From Azolla caroliniana (lineage: Eukaryota; Plantae; Polypodiophyta), in NCBI GenBank assembly GCA_043228905.1, contig JBHGNT010000014.1:6138001-6202000 (forward strand): DNA of 64,000 nt, read 5' to 3'. Position 1 is the first letter of the stretch, and each line of letters starts with the position of its first letter. Positions 11,101 to 22,943 of the stretch are shown in pieces. A program made the translations under genes and the position numbers. Under the pieces are notes generated by a model. It saw nothing but the letters and a program-made list of their open reading frames with translations. It did not search any database and had not been told where the DNA came from.

Positions 11101-12267
11101 GGCCGAAATCAGGTTCAATCGAACCTCCGGAACGTGTCGGACATCCTTCAGCAGCATCTTGCATCCGGTTGATGTCATCAGCCACACGTCTCCTATGCCG
11201 GCGATCCGGCATGTACCTTCATTTCCCATCCGGACACAGCCGTGCTCACCGGCTGTGTAGGATGAGAAGTATTTCTTCTCCGGGGTCAGGTGGAACGATG
11301 CTCCGGAATCGACCACCCAGGTCATCTCTTCGCCGGCAAGGTTCACCTCCCTCTCTTCGGTAATGAGCATTATCTCTTCTTCACTTGCCGCGAGTGCCGT
11401 TGTTCCTTTCCGGTCCTGCCCTCGCCGATCCGGACCTCTCCGGTCCGTGGCTCCCTGGTATGCACCGTTTCGCTCCGGTGACTTCTTCGAATCGGTACCG
11501 TCGGTTCCGTTGTCTTTCCGGAAATGCCGACAGTTCTTCTGGAAGTGCCCCGGCTTCCCACAGTAGAAGCATGTAGGTCTTCCCCTCGACTGCGACCGTG
11601 TCCCTGACTTCTCCCGTCTTTGCGGACTCCGGTTCCGTTGTCTTCCCCATTCCGATTCGGTAAGCAGCGCCTTCGAGTCGGAGGCCGATTCTTTATCTCT
11701 CCGACGCGCTTCTTCATTTAGAATACTTGTCTTTACCGTTAGTAAAGACAAGTTCTCTTCCTTACAGGAGGTGCTGAGTGTAACTACCAAGTTCTCCCAG
11801 CTCTCCGGAAGGGTACACATCAGCATGATGGCTTGCATCGCGTCATCCAACGGGAACTTGATCGCCGCAAGCTGATTCACGAATCCCATGAACGTGCTGA
11901 CGTGTTCGACCATGCTCTCGCCGTCCCGGTACTTAAGATTCACTATCTTCCTCGTCAGGGAGGTCCGGGTCAGAGCATTCTTCCTCTCATACAGTCCGGA
12001 CAGCTTCTGCCACATCTCATAGGCGTTCGTATCGTTCGCCACATGTTGCAGAACACTTACATCGACATATTGCCGGATCGTCGCTACGGCTTTCCAGTTC
12101 AGGAGCTTCCACTCCGACTCTATTACCCCCTTGGGTATCTCGGCATTGTCGATCGGTTCATACAGGTCTCGGACGATGAGAAGGTCTTCCATCTTTATCT
12201 TCCAGTCGGCGTAGTTCTGTGAGTTCAACACCATCATGCCCGGAGGCCCACTACCGCCGCCTTCCAT
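8194..12267 (-). CDS. Copia Gag-Pol polyprotein (gag, CCHC, PR, INT, RT, RH) with one in-frame TAG at 9823-9825
   Basis: ORFs 9823-12321 and 8194-9786 are in the same frame. Motifs: CFYCGKPGHFQKNC, WVVDSGAS, LWHKRLCH, ADNGGE, LYVDDM, TDSD. Confidence 0.93.
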
Positions 12268-12562
12268 TTTCTGTGTTACCGTCGCTCTGATACCACTTTG
12301 TTGAACACAGTGCTCGGCCACAACCGAGGAATAGGATCAACTCACAGAAAACAGGAAATACAAAATGCACGAAGACAATAGAGAGAAGAGTGCACAGGAT
12401 GTTTTACGTGGAAAACCCTAAATGGGAAAAAACCACGGGAGTCCTCAAACTCCAACTATCACTATAATCAGAGATGTACAATGGTGGAGCTACAAGGCAA
12501 CAACCTTGAGCTCACTGTCTTCGCCACAGGCGGCGGTAATACACAGAGGCAACGACCTCTTC

Positions 12563-12597
<35 letters not shown>

Positions 12598-13368
12598 GCT
12601 CTCTTCACTCTCTTGCACACATAAGAGTGGCGATACACAGAAAAATGAGCAACAACATTAAAACTGTTTGCCCTAAGTCATATTTATACACATATGACTT
12701 TCGGGCTATTTACAATTATAGCCTCAAGGGCCCTTGGCAAACATATTCACAAATATGTCCCTGCATCCGGATCTCTCTCTGGGTACATTCGTCATCCGGC
12801 TCCGTAGCCGGGGTCATCATCATCCGGCTCCGTAGCCGGGGTCATCATCATCCGGCTCCGTAGCCGGGGTCATCATCATCCGGCTCCGTAGCCGGGGTCT
12901 TCATCATCCGGCTCCCGGACATCCGACCATCCCATCCGGAGGGACCGTAATCCCAACACAGACTAGAGTGTGAAAGGAATAGTTTATTCGGGAACTGTTG
13001 TAATTATTTATTTAATATGGACGAACGGACCGGAATCGGTATGCCAATCCGGATCTGGACCGATTCCGAATAGGTGCCGGTTGGCACCGTTTTGTACTTC
13101 GCACCGAAGACCTATATAAAGGTCCAGTTACAATGTAATTGACAACGGATAATTAATAGAACTTATTGCCTTAACCTTTAAGTATTGATTACCGTTCTGT
13201 GCTTATTGTATATCTTATGTGTGTTAATGATGTATTGCTAAGTAACCAATTAAGGTCTAATTAAGCGTTGTGTCGTAAGTCATCTTGCCGTAACACCCTT
13301 TGGTGAAGTGTCTTAAGTGGACACCCTCTGTTAGGTTGTTGCCCGGCCCCTAGGATTAACACAGTTTT

Positions 13369-13380
13369 TGGCGACCATGA
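13369..13380 (+). promoter_or_regulatory. Putative PBS of B1 (TGGCGACCATG, probably tRNA-Arg)
   Basis: TGG-initiated motif 7 nt after the LTR end. The tRNA assignment is from recall of plant tRNA-Arg 3' ends and is tentative. Confidence 0.55.
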
Positions 13381-13416
13381 TTCCTGCACAATCGCAATGA
13401 ACAGCGGCGAGAATGG

Positions 13417-16400
13417 ATGACCAGGCCAACAGAAGACCCGGTTACGGAGAGAGCACGAAGACTTGCTGAACGGCGAAGGCGGCGGGAGGCTTTCCAGCAA
13501 GCAGCGGAAGAAATCCGATCGGATCGATCGTTTTCCAAAGTGATCCGGAAAGTGGCGGAGGAGTCGCTCCCTCTGCAATAAAACGCCTACCCGGACGAAG
13601 GAAGGAGCTTAAGCAGCCTTCGGGAAGCGGAATCACTTCTCCTAGCCTTGGCCGGAAGAGACGGCGAATCTGAAGCATTTTCAGCGCTGGAATCGTATTC
13701 GGAAGGGGGTTACAGCACGCACACGAACTATCGCAGCAGTAACGACACCCCAGGAGGACCGGAGGACGAGGAGTTGGATACATTACCGACACCGGAACCA
13801 GAGTTGTCAGACCGGGAACCCCCGGCACTAGACGTGGAGTAACCTCCGGAGACGGAAGAAGACAAAGAAAGACTTCCGACACCGGAAGTCGAGCCGGCAA
13901 CACCAAAGGAAGACCGGCAAAGACCTCTGACACCGACAGAACAGCAAGAAAGACCACTGACACCGCTAGCCCGCATACCGACACCGGACGATGACATGCC
14001 GTTCTAGTACTCCAAGTATAGGGATGACCCGGACGCGGAGGCTCATGTTCACGCGTTCCAACAAACATGGGAGGCGAACCATGTGTCACAACGGTTAACC
14101 GCGGCCGAAGAGGAACGATCTAAGATAGCCGAATTTGCCGTGACATTGGAAGGACCGGCCGCCAGATGGCACCGGACGCAGGACCCCAGGACCATCACCA
14201 CCTTTGCGGACTTGAAAGATAAATTCTTGCACTTCTTTCAGAAGGAGGTGGACCAGAGAGAAATGGTGGGCTATTTTATACCATCTGATAGGACCCCGGG
14301 GAGAGCATTTCGCAGTTTGTCATCCGGTTTCAACGGATGCACAGTCTGCTTACTCACGCACCTCCGGAGGAAGAAACACGAGTTATATTCTTAGCCATGC
14401 TTCGGGAACCTCTACGAACGGTATGCACGGTCATCGACTTTCACACAAGCACCGTTGACCAGGTCATCGACCGGGTTAGGGAAATGGAGAAAATGAGCTC
14501 TTGGCTAACAATGGGAGCCCTCTAACGAGCGTTGTCAACCGATGAAGATCTCCAGTTCCGGCAAGCAATCCAATGCACGACCTGCTTGAATTCAGGACAC
14601 TCGTCACTGGAGTGCGCCATGCGGATGCACTACTTACTCTGCCAATCTACGAGCCACACGATGGACCGGTGCGAATATAACTTATTGAATCAGCAAGCAC
14701 CACCAGTCCGGCAAATCGAGCCACGTAGCAGCTAAGACGAAGAAGACGAACGCTGGCGGCGAGAGGAGCGATATCGACCGGCACAAGATGTTCGGTACGG
14801 CGATCGGCGAAACAACTATGACCAGTACGAGAAATATGATAGGTACCGAGATTACAATGGAGGGTACGAGCATTACAACCGGGATCACTCCCCCAGGTAT
14901 CACCAACGACGGGAAGATTACGGGAGATATGACGACCAACCTCGTCAAGGGTACTGCAACAAAAAGAACTTTAATAAAAAACAACATTTCAAAAAAGGGA
15001 GCCACCCACGTGAACCGGAAAAAGGCGCCTCAAGCAGCCAACCGGACCAAAGCCCCGCGGTTACCACAGGTCCTCCACCGGGTACGGGAAACAATGCCGA
15101 ATCCAGCAATACTAGGAAAGCATATTGCTATTATTGCTAGCAAGAAGGACATTATAGTAATCAATGTCCGACAAAGAGCTATGACAAGCGACCGGCAGTA
15201 AACATGGTAGTCGCCGAAGTCGCAGACCTGCGGCAGGTTACCACAAGGTCGAAGGGCAAGACGACGGAATGGGAGACACAAGAGGCCATCTGGAAGCAGG
15301 CAACGGAATGGGTAAAAAAAGGCAAATGAGTGAAACGTAGCAGAACTTGCGCAGCAAAAGGAGAACACCGAAGAGCTCGCCGGCGGCAGTCAGACCGAAA
15401 ATGCGACATGGCAAGAATTGCAGGAGTGCCAAATCACGTTGCCATTAGGACGACTCCTGCAACTAATGCTCAGATTCACAGAAGGACTCAAGACAGGCAT
15501 GACGGCAGGAGAAACACCACCGGCACCAACATTCTTCTCAAATCCGGAGGAGGGACCGGCGGTGGTAGATACAAACAGTCCAACAATCATAGCCATCGTG
15601 AAGGGAAAGGAGTTGCCTGGAAAAATAATAGATGGAGGATCCAGTGTCAATGTGATTAGCCTCCGAACATGCACAACCTTGGGAATCCAAGAGTGGGAAC
15701 CGTGCCCGTTCTGGCTACGGATGGTTGATACAAGCTCAGTACGACCGACCGGCTTAATACGAGATTTGGAAGTAACAATCGGCGGCCACACATTTCGCAT
15801 CTCGGTAGTAGTGCTACAATTACAGGCACAAGGAGCTTACCCGCTATTGTTGGGGCGGCCGTGGCTAAAAACGGCGCACATTAAACAAAACTGGTGAAAG
15901 AATATAATCACCTTCCGGCGGGGAAAAGCAAAAGTACGGGTACTGACACAACCACCGACGGGTACTGGGAAGGAATTAACACCCCTATATGCCGAATGTG
16001 TCAATATGCTGGAAGGATTAACAGACGAAGAGGTGGATCAGTACTTGAAAGATAATCCGAAGATAGTACCCCTGTTCGAAATTGACGTAGCTGAAGCCGT
16101 ATCACCATACGTACTGCCACCGGACGGAGCGGACGATGAACCAAATAAAGAAGCGATCCGGGAGCTATGGCAAGCACAAGAAGTGTTGGAAAAAGAAATA
16201 GCTGTATCACAACGGGTTAAAGCATCCCAACTAGAGGAGGTAAATCTAGGAACTACGGAAGAGGCGAGACTGGTGTAGACAGCCAAGGAAATGACTACGG
16301 AAAACAGAACGGCGATGATTACACTTCTCAAAGAGTTTCAGGATGTGTTTGCCTGGTCCTATGAGGATATGAGAGGGCTCGATCCTCAACTATATTAGCA

Positions 16401-19231
16401 TCAGATACATTTGAGCAAAGACGCCAAACCGGTAGCACAGCGACGGTACCGGATGAATCCAAACTATGCCGCTAAAGTCAAGGAGGAAATCGACAAGTTG
16501 CTAATAGTTGGCTTTATCCGTCCCGTAAAGAAATCTATATGGCTGAGCCCGATAGTAGTCGTAGCAAAGAAAAACGGCAAAATTAGAGTATGTGTCGACT
16601 ACCGGAAGCTTAATGCGACGACGGTAACTGATGCATTTCCACTTCCATTTACAGATGGAGTTTTGGACACAGTCGCCGGCCATGAGGTATACAGGTTTTT
16701 AGACAGATTCAACGGATACAACCAGATCCGGATGCACCCCGATGACCAGGAGAAAACGACTTTCGTCACTGAATGGGGAGTGTTTGTTGCCGTAGTGATG
16801 ATGTTCGAACTAAAAACGGTGTCGGCAACGTTCCAAAGGATCATCATGGAAATATTCGGAGAATTCATACCGGCATTCATGTAGGTGCTCCTCGACGACT
16901 TCGCCGTTTACAGCCGAGAAAGAGACCACCTTCAGCACCTCCGACTATGTCTAGAAAAGTGTAGGGCTTACCAGCTAAGCCTGAATCTGGCGAAGTGTGT
17001 ATTCGGCGTGTCCAGCGGAACGCTATTGGGGCACATTGTGAGCAAGGAGGGCATTGCCGTGGATCCGGACAAAGTAAAAGCAATCCTAGAGGCACCGGCG
17101 CCAACAACGGCAAAGGCATTTAGCGTTTCTTAGGCCAAATCCAATGGCATAGCCGAATGCTCCGGTATTTAGCGGATCTAGCTACACCACTACATGTTGC
17201 GGTACACCGAACACCGTTCCAGTGGACCGACACCGAAGACAAGTTGTACCGGGCACTCAAAGTTCTATTGTCGCAAGTGCCAGTAGTGCAACCCTCAGAT
17301 TGGGCGAAGGAATTTCATGTGTTCGTGGATGCGTCCGACATTGCAATCGGGAGTGCACTGATGCAACTTACGGAGCCAAGATGGTACCGGCCCGTATATT
17401 ACGCAAGCTGGAAGTTATCCCAAGCCGAACGAAATTATTCCACCACGGAAAGGGAAGCTTTAGGCATGATCTACAGCATAACAAAATTCAGGCATTATTT
17501 ATTGGGAAGAAAGTTTTCCTTCCATGTAGATCATTTGGCACTCCTCTACCTAGTGTCCAAAGCGTCACTTACCGGTAAGTTGGCCCGGTGGACTTTGCTA
17601 TTACAAGAATTCGAATTCAAGATATTCCACCGACCCGGCATACAGCAGGTGGTAGTAGATTATTTAAGCTGGCTAGATTCTGGCGAAACCGGCGACGGAG
17701 TACCGGACGAGTTTCCGGATGCCGAGCTATTTCGAGTCACCGCGGAAATGGAAACAGATGAAACGGTGGCACCAGAAGATAAGTGGCTACCAAATATGCA
17801 CCAATTTCTGAGCACCGGATTGCCTCCGGGGGAGATGAACCAGGACGAGAGGAAACGCCTGGCGGTACAAAGCCGGCACTTTTGTTTATTATGGGAAACG
17901 CTATACCACAAAGGTGTGGACGGTATATGGCGACGAGCGGTGCGCAGCGACGAGAAAGAGGTAATACTACGGGAAGCATGCTGCGGAGTCGTCGGAGGCC
18001 ATTATGCCGGGGATGCTATGGAAAGGAAGATATGGCAAAGTGGCCTATGGTGGCCGACTACATTGAAAGATGCAGTCCGGTATGTGAAAGAGTGTGATCT
18101 ATGCCAGCAAATGGGCCAGCCAACGGAACAAGCTAGGATGCCGCACTAGCCAGTACTACCGCTAGAACCATTTCAAAAATGGGGACTGGATTTTGTCGGA
18201 CCTTTTAAACCACCGGCAATGAGAATTGGCAACCGGTATGTGATCGTCGTGACGGACTACTGCACTAAATGGGTGGAAGCCAAAGCCCTACCTACGAGAC
18301 AACACCGCGGTGTCGACGACAAAATTCTTATACGAATACATTTGGTGCCGGTACGAATGCCCCATAGAGCTGATAAGTGACCAAGGAGGGCACTTTCTTG
18401 GATAGGTAGTGGAGAGCTTGACGTCATTCTATGCGGTAGTACATAAACGGAGCACCCCGTACTACCCACAAGCCAACGGATTAGCTGAGTCAACAAACAA
18501 AACGCTACAGAATATCCTGCGCAAGATCGTCAATGAGAATCAGACAGATTGGGACACAAAGCTACACAGTGCGCTCTAGGCTTACCGGACAACGTACAAA
18601 ACAAGCATCCGAACAACGCCGTTCTGGTTAGCATTCGGATTAGAGGCAGTCATGCCGGTTGAATTCCAGGTACCGAGCTTATGGATCCAGATTCGGGAAC
18701 GACTTAATGAAAATGAATCGGAGGCAATTCGGTTAAAGGCTCTATGTGACCATCATGCACCTGGAATTGGAACAACGACGAAAAAAAGCATTTGTAGATT
18801 GGCACTAGAAGGGAAACGAAAAGATGTTCGAAATCGGCAAGCCAGTACTAGTGTTCCAGACCCGGATGGGTAAAATGCAAGGCAAACTACGGTTTAGATG
18901 GATCGGACCGTACTGGATCACACGCGAGTTCAATGGATCCTACCAGTTAGGGACACTTGCCGGCGAGGTGCTGGGTAAATGGGTCAACGGTTTTAGACTA
19001 AAGCCATATAGAGGACCGATGCCGAAGAACCCATTTGAACGAAGGGCCCACACCGAATTGGACGCCGACAGGCCAACCAAGACGGCAACCTGTGAGGAAA
19101 ACGGCTACCACCAAGCCGGTAAGGAGGAGCACGAGCCGGCAACCGGGGAGAGCAAAACGACGGCAAACCGTCAAGAGGCCGACAAGGTGCGCGTTTTGGG
19201 TAAGGGTCTGATAGGACCGGAGAAGAATTAA
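13417..19231 (+). pseudogene. B1 gag-pol (gag with CCHC knuckles, PR, RT, RH, INT), many stops and frameshifts
   Basis: TLEGPAARW capsid motif, IIDGGSSVN protease, VCVDYRKLN and LLDD RT, FVDAS RH, GHYAG...CDLC integrase, WIGPY. Confidence 0.9.
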
Positions 19232-19646
19232 CCACACAATTAATTTCAAAAAAAAAAGAAAAAGAAAAAGAAAAAAATATCGAATCAAAGGAATCATGCA
19301 AAGGAGTGGTGGAAACGGCCATGCAAACGAGGAGTAAAGAGGCACTTCGAAAAGGTACGAGGAGGCTATGAATAGGGCATTAAAACACCGCCACATGGCA
19401 CGTAATGCTATTATAGTACATGACCTGCACATGAGTAGGCTCGAAAAAGGCGCCAATATGCAGAGAGAAAAACCCCCATGCATCAAGACCTTCTTCTTTC
19501 GCGAACCAAGGAGAACAGACGTAGACAGACACGTGAAGATCAATCGAAGAGAGCTCGCGCACAGAGAACCCCCTCACTCTGAACTTTCTCTCTCACACTC
19601 TCACCACCGTCAAACCTCGCCAACGCTCTCCGACCTCGACGCAGAG

Positions 19647-22446
19647 ATGGACTGCCAAACACTGTTTGAAGCCGCCAAGAAATGGCTATGGCAACACAGA
19701 CAGAAGGGTTTCTTGACGATCATGGAGGCGGCGCCACACAAGGAGGCCGAAACGATTATCAAAGAAATCGACATAGAGTTGATCATGGAGGAGGGGATCC
19801 ATGCGTTAACAGGCCTTCCGGAGGGGGGCATCTACACGATCGACAATCCTACCTCCGAGCAGCTCATCAAATATTTCGGTGAGTATTCTCTCACCAACAA
19901 GGGCTACAGGACACAGAGCGGCGAAGATATGTTATTCCGCAAAATTGCCCGTGTACTCCATGAGTTCGTCCATGTATACGCTCGACCCCCTGTTATGCCT
20001 CCAAACCGAGCAGGCTTGATTATCGCAACGTACGAAGGGGTCAAGGTGGATTGGCCGGTGCTGATCGCCGACGGATTGTGCACAACCATTGATACCATAA
20101 GAGGTAAGGCAAAGAAGGCCGGAAAATATGGCATGCGGTGACGCAATGGCTCACCCTATTGGCGCCACCTGTCGAGCCCGTCCAGACCAAGAAATGGGGA
20201 AGAGTACCCAACAACACCTCGAGATCTGCTTCAAAACCGCAACAGTTGTTGGCCTCCAAGGCCACGAAGGGGAAGACGGCCGACGCAGAGAAGGCGACAA
20301 AGGAGTGCGCCAGCCGGAAGCGGCTGACGGACATGCACGAGGAGACACCGGCATGGACACTGAAGAGCCCACTCCACTGACCGGTGCAACGAGAAACGAA
20401 CACCCTAGCGGCAAGAATGAATGCCGAGACTCAGGAGGAGGAAATAGAGGAAGAGCCTACGGAGCACCTCGAGCGGCGGCCAGTGAAGAGGACCGCAGAA
20501 TCAGTCGGGAAGCATTCGGACCCACAGAAGGATGGAACGCCCGCAACCCACAATGAGACTCCCACGCCAAGGGAGGCACCGGAACCGGTTCGGATGGAAC
20601 CGGTCACAGAAGTCCCTGCACAACAGGCAGCACCGGCAAGCCCCGTAACTCAAGAGTCGGTTATACAAATGCCAACCTCCTCAGCCGGCCAAGAACAATC
20701 AGAACAAGTGCGGCCAGCCGAAACACAACTGGAACCTGAACGGCAAAGTGGTCAACAGGTAGAGCCGGAATTGCCGCTCAACGCAGAAAGGCAGGACCAG
20801 CCACCAACAAGTGAACCCATCAGCAAACCCACCATGCAAACGCAACAACAGCGCACCGACAGCCAATGGCTTTGGTGGATAGGGGAACAAATTGCCGAAG
20901 TAGTCGGATACATAGAGGCGGAAGAAAGAGCGCAAATAGAACGGTTGCTAGTCACAACCGATGAACTAGAGACGGCTCGGTCAAGGATCCAGTGCCTCGA
21001 ACAAGATTTGGATCGGGTCACAGAAGACATGGCCAAAATGGCCTTAACCGCAACACAGATCCAAGCACCGGTGACTCCGGTGGATGAACATACGAATAAG
21101 ACCGAATAAGACCGGAGACAGAAACTGTTCCGGAGAAAGATGCGACGCAAGCCCAAGGGCTTGCCGACTTAGGAGACGAACTTGCCGCACAAGAAGCATT
21201 ACAGAGCCGCAAATGCGACTTGAAGAAGGCGGCCGAAGAAGAATTAAAGAAGACTACTGAGAACCTCCGCCGGGCAGAGGAAAACCTGCATAAGGGACAT
21301 CAAGCTTACGATCGGTTAAAGGAGGAAAAAGAGAAATTGTTGTAGGAGAAAGACAAGCTACGATGGATGGCGGAAACGGAAATCGAAAGGCTAAAGGAAG
21401 AACTCCGTCAATAGAAGGACCGGGAGGACCGCGCGCGCCGGCAGATCAACCAAAGGCTGAAGCAGAAGACCGATGATTTTGATCATCTGCACCGGGACTA
21501 CAAGCAGCTGGAGGCGGAGTATAAGCAATAGCAGGAAAGGTTGGCCGAGCTCCGGCAAGAAGTTTATAGGGCCACAACGGCACTCGCCGACGAACGAGCT
21601 GAGAGTTCAAAGCTATTGGAGGAAGCGGTGATGGACCGGATGGAGCTCCACAAGCAGAACCATGAAGAAAAGGAAAGAGCGACAATGGTGTTATAGAGGT
21701 TGCAAACAACCTATCAAAGTCAATTGTCGCATTATAGGGAGCAGGAGGCGGACATAGTCAGAATTATCAAGTAGTTGAAAGAGGAGCAACAAGCCGCGGA
21801 GAACAAATCACGGATGGGAACCGAACAGATCGACTGCATCCTTCGTTCATGGCTCACCAAGACCAAACGCTTGATTGACGAGAGCTCTATGCAATGGTGG
21901 ACGAAATGGGCGCAGAATACAACGGAACTCCAATTGCTCAGGGTGGACGTGGAAAACCGGCGGAAGGAAGGTGACGATTGTTATATGCTGACATTGGAGG
22001 ACTTCACCGCCATAAGGGATGAGCTAGCCGAAGATTTCACAGCCCTGGCAGATGAACAATTGGAGCAGGTCCGACGGCTCATAGCTCAACTGGACGACGA
22101 TCAGCTGGAGGCTCAAATCCAGTTTGAGAGCTATGAGCGGTCCCGGCTCTAGGAAGAAAAAGCAAGGAAGGCGGCAACGGTCAACCTTAGTGATGAGGAA
22201 CCGTCGCCGGTACAAGGACCAGACGGGGACCAGGCCGGGATCAGTTAGCCAACGAAAACTCCGACGGAGGAGACAACGAAGGAAACACCGGTGCCAGAGC
22301 GACAAACGGAGCAGTAGCCCCAAACGGAGAAGGCACAAACAGAGCAGCCACAAACGGAACAACAACCACAACAGCAACAACAGATTCCCGACGAGCCATT
22401 GGAAATTCTGGAGCAAAGCATTTTGGACATTTTGGACGAAGAATAG
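19647..22446 (+). pseudogene. Extra sense ORF 3' of integrase in B1: globular N-terminus, P/E/Q-rich linker, long predicted coiled coil
   Basis: ORF pieces 19368-20141, 20138-20380, 20384-21109 and 21775-22152 form one degraded reading of roughly 900 codons inside the TSD-bounded element. Confidence 0.7.
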
Positions 22447-22943
22447 CAAGGCCGGATAATGGGTTCGACGTACAAGGTACTGTCCCACGAGCGTGCCATG
22501 TGTTACCCGGCCAACAAAGAAGGCTTAAGGATGTCCAGACCAGAGTGTGAAAGGAATAGTTTGTTCTGGAACTGTTGTAATTATTTATTTAATATGGACG
22601 GACGGACCGGAATCGGTATGCCGATCCGGATCCGAACCGATTCTGAATAGGTGCCGGTTGGCACCGTTTTGTACTTCGCACCGGAGACCTATATAAAGGC
22701 CCGGTTACAATGTAATTGACAACGGATAATTAATAGAACTTATTGCCTTAACCTTTAAGTATTGATTACTGTTTTGTGCTTATTGTATATCTTATGCGTG
22801 TTAATGATGTATTGCTAAGTAACCAATTAAGGTCTAATTAAGCGTTGTGTCGTAAGTCATCTTGCCGTAACACCCTTTGGTGAAGTGTCTTAAGTGGACA
22901 CCCTGTGTTAGGCTGTTGTCCGGCCCCTAGGATTAACACATAT

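Larger units (their letters stand above)
7508..12958 (-). mobile_element. Ty1/Copia A1 (Tnt1/Tto1-like), full length and young
   Basis: LTRs 7508-8183 and 12299-12958; TSD CAGAC at 7503-7507 and 12959-12963; iMet PBS at 12284-12295; PPT at 8184-8193. Confidence 0.97.
7468..22938 (+). mobile_element. Ty3/Gypsy non-chromovirus B1 with an extra 3' ORF; 5' LTR split by A1
   Basis: 5' LTR 7468-7507 plus 12964-13361 (438 bp); 3' LTR 22501-22938 (438 bp); about 96% identical by eye; TSD CATAT at 7463-7467 and 22939-22943. Confidence 0.95.

Noticed and set aside
19647-22446. Captured host gene or envelope gene
   Set aside because: It lies inside the TSD-bounded element, shows no introns or recognisable host domain, and has no evident signal peptide or transmembrane segment.
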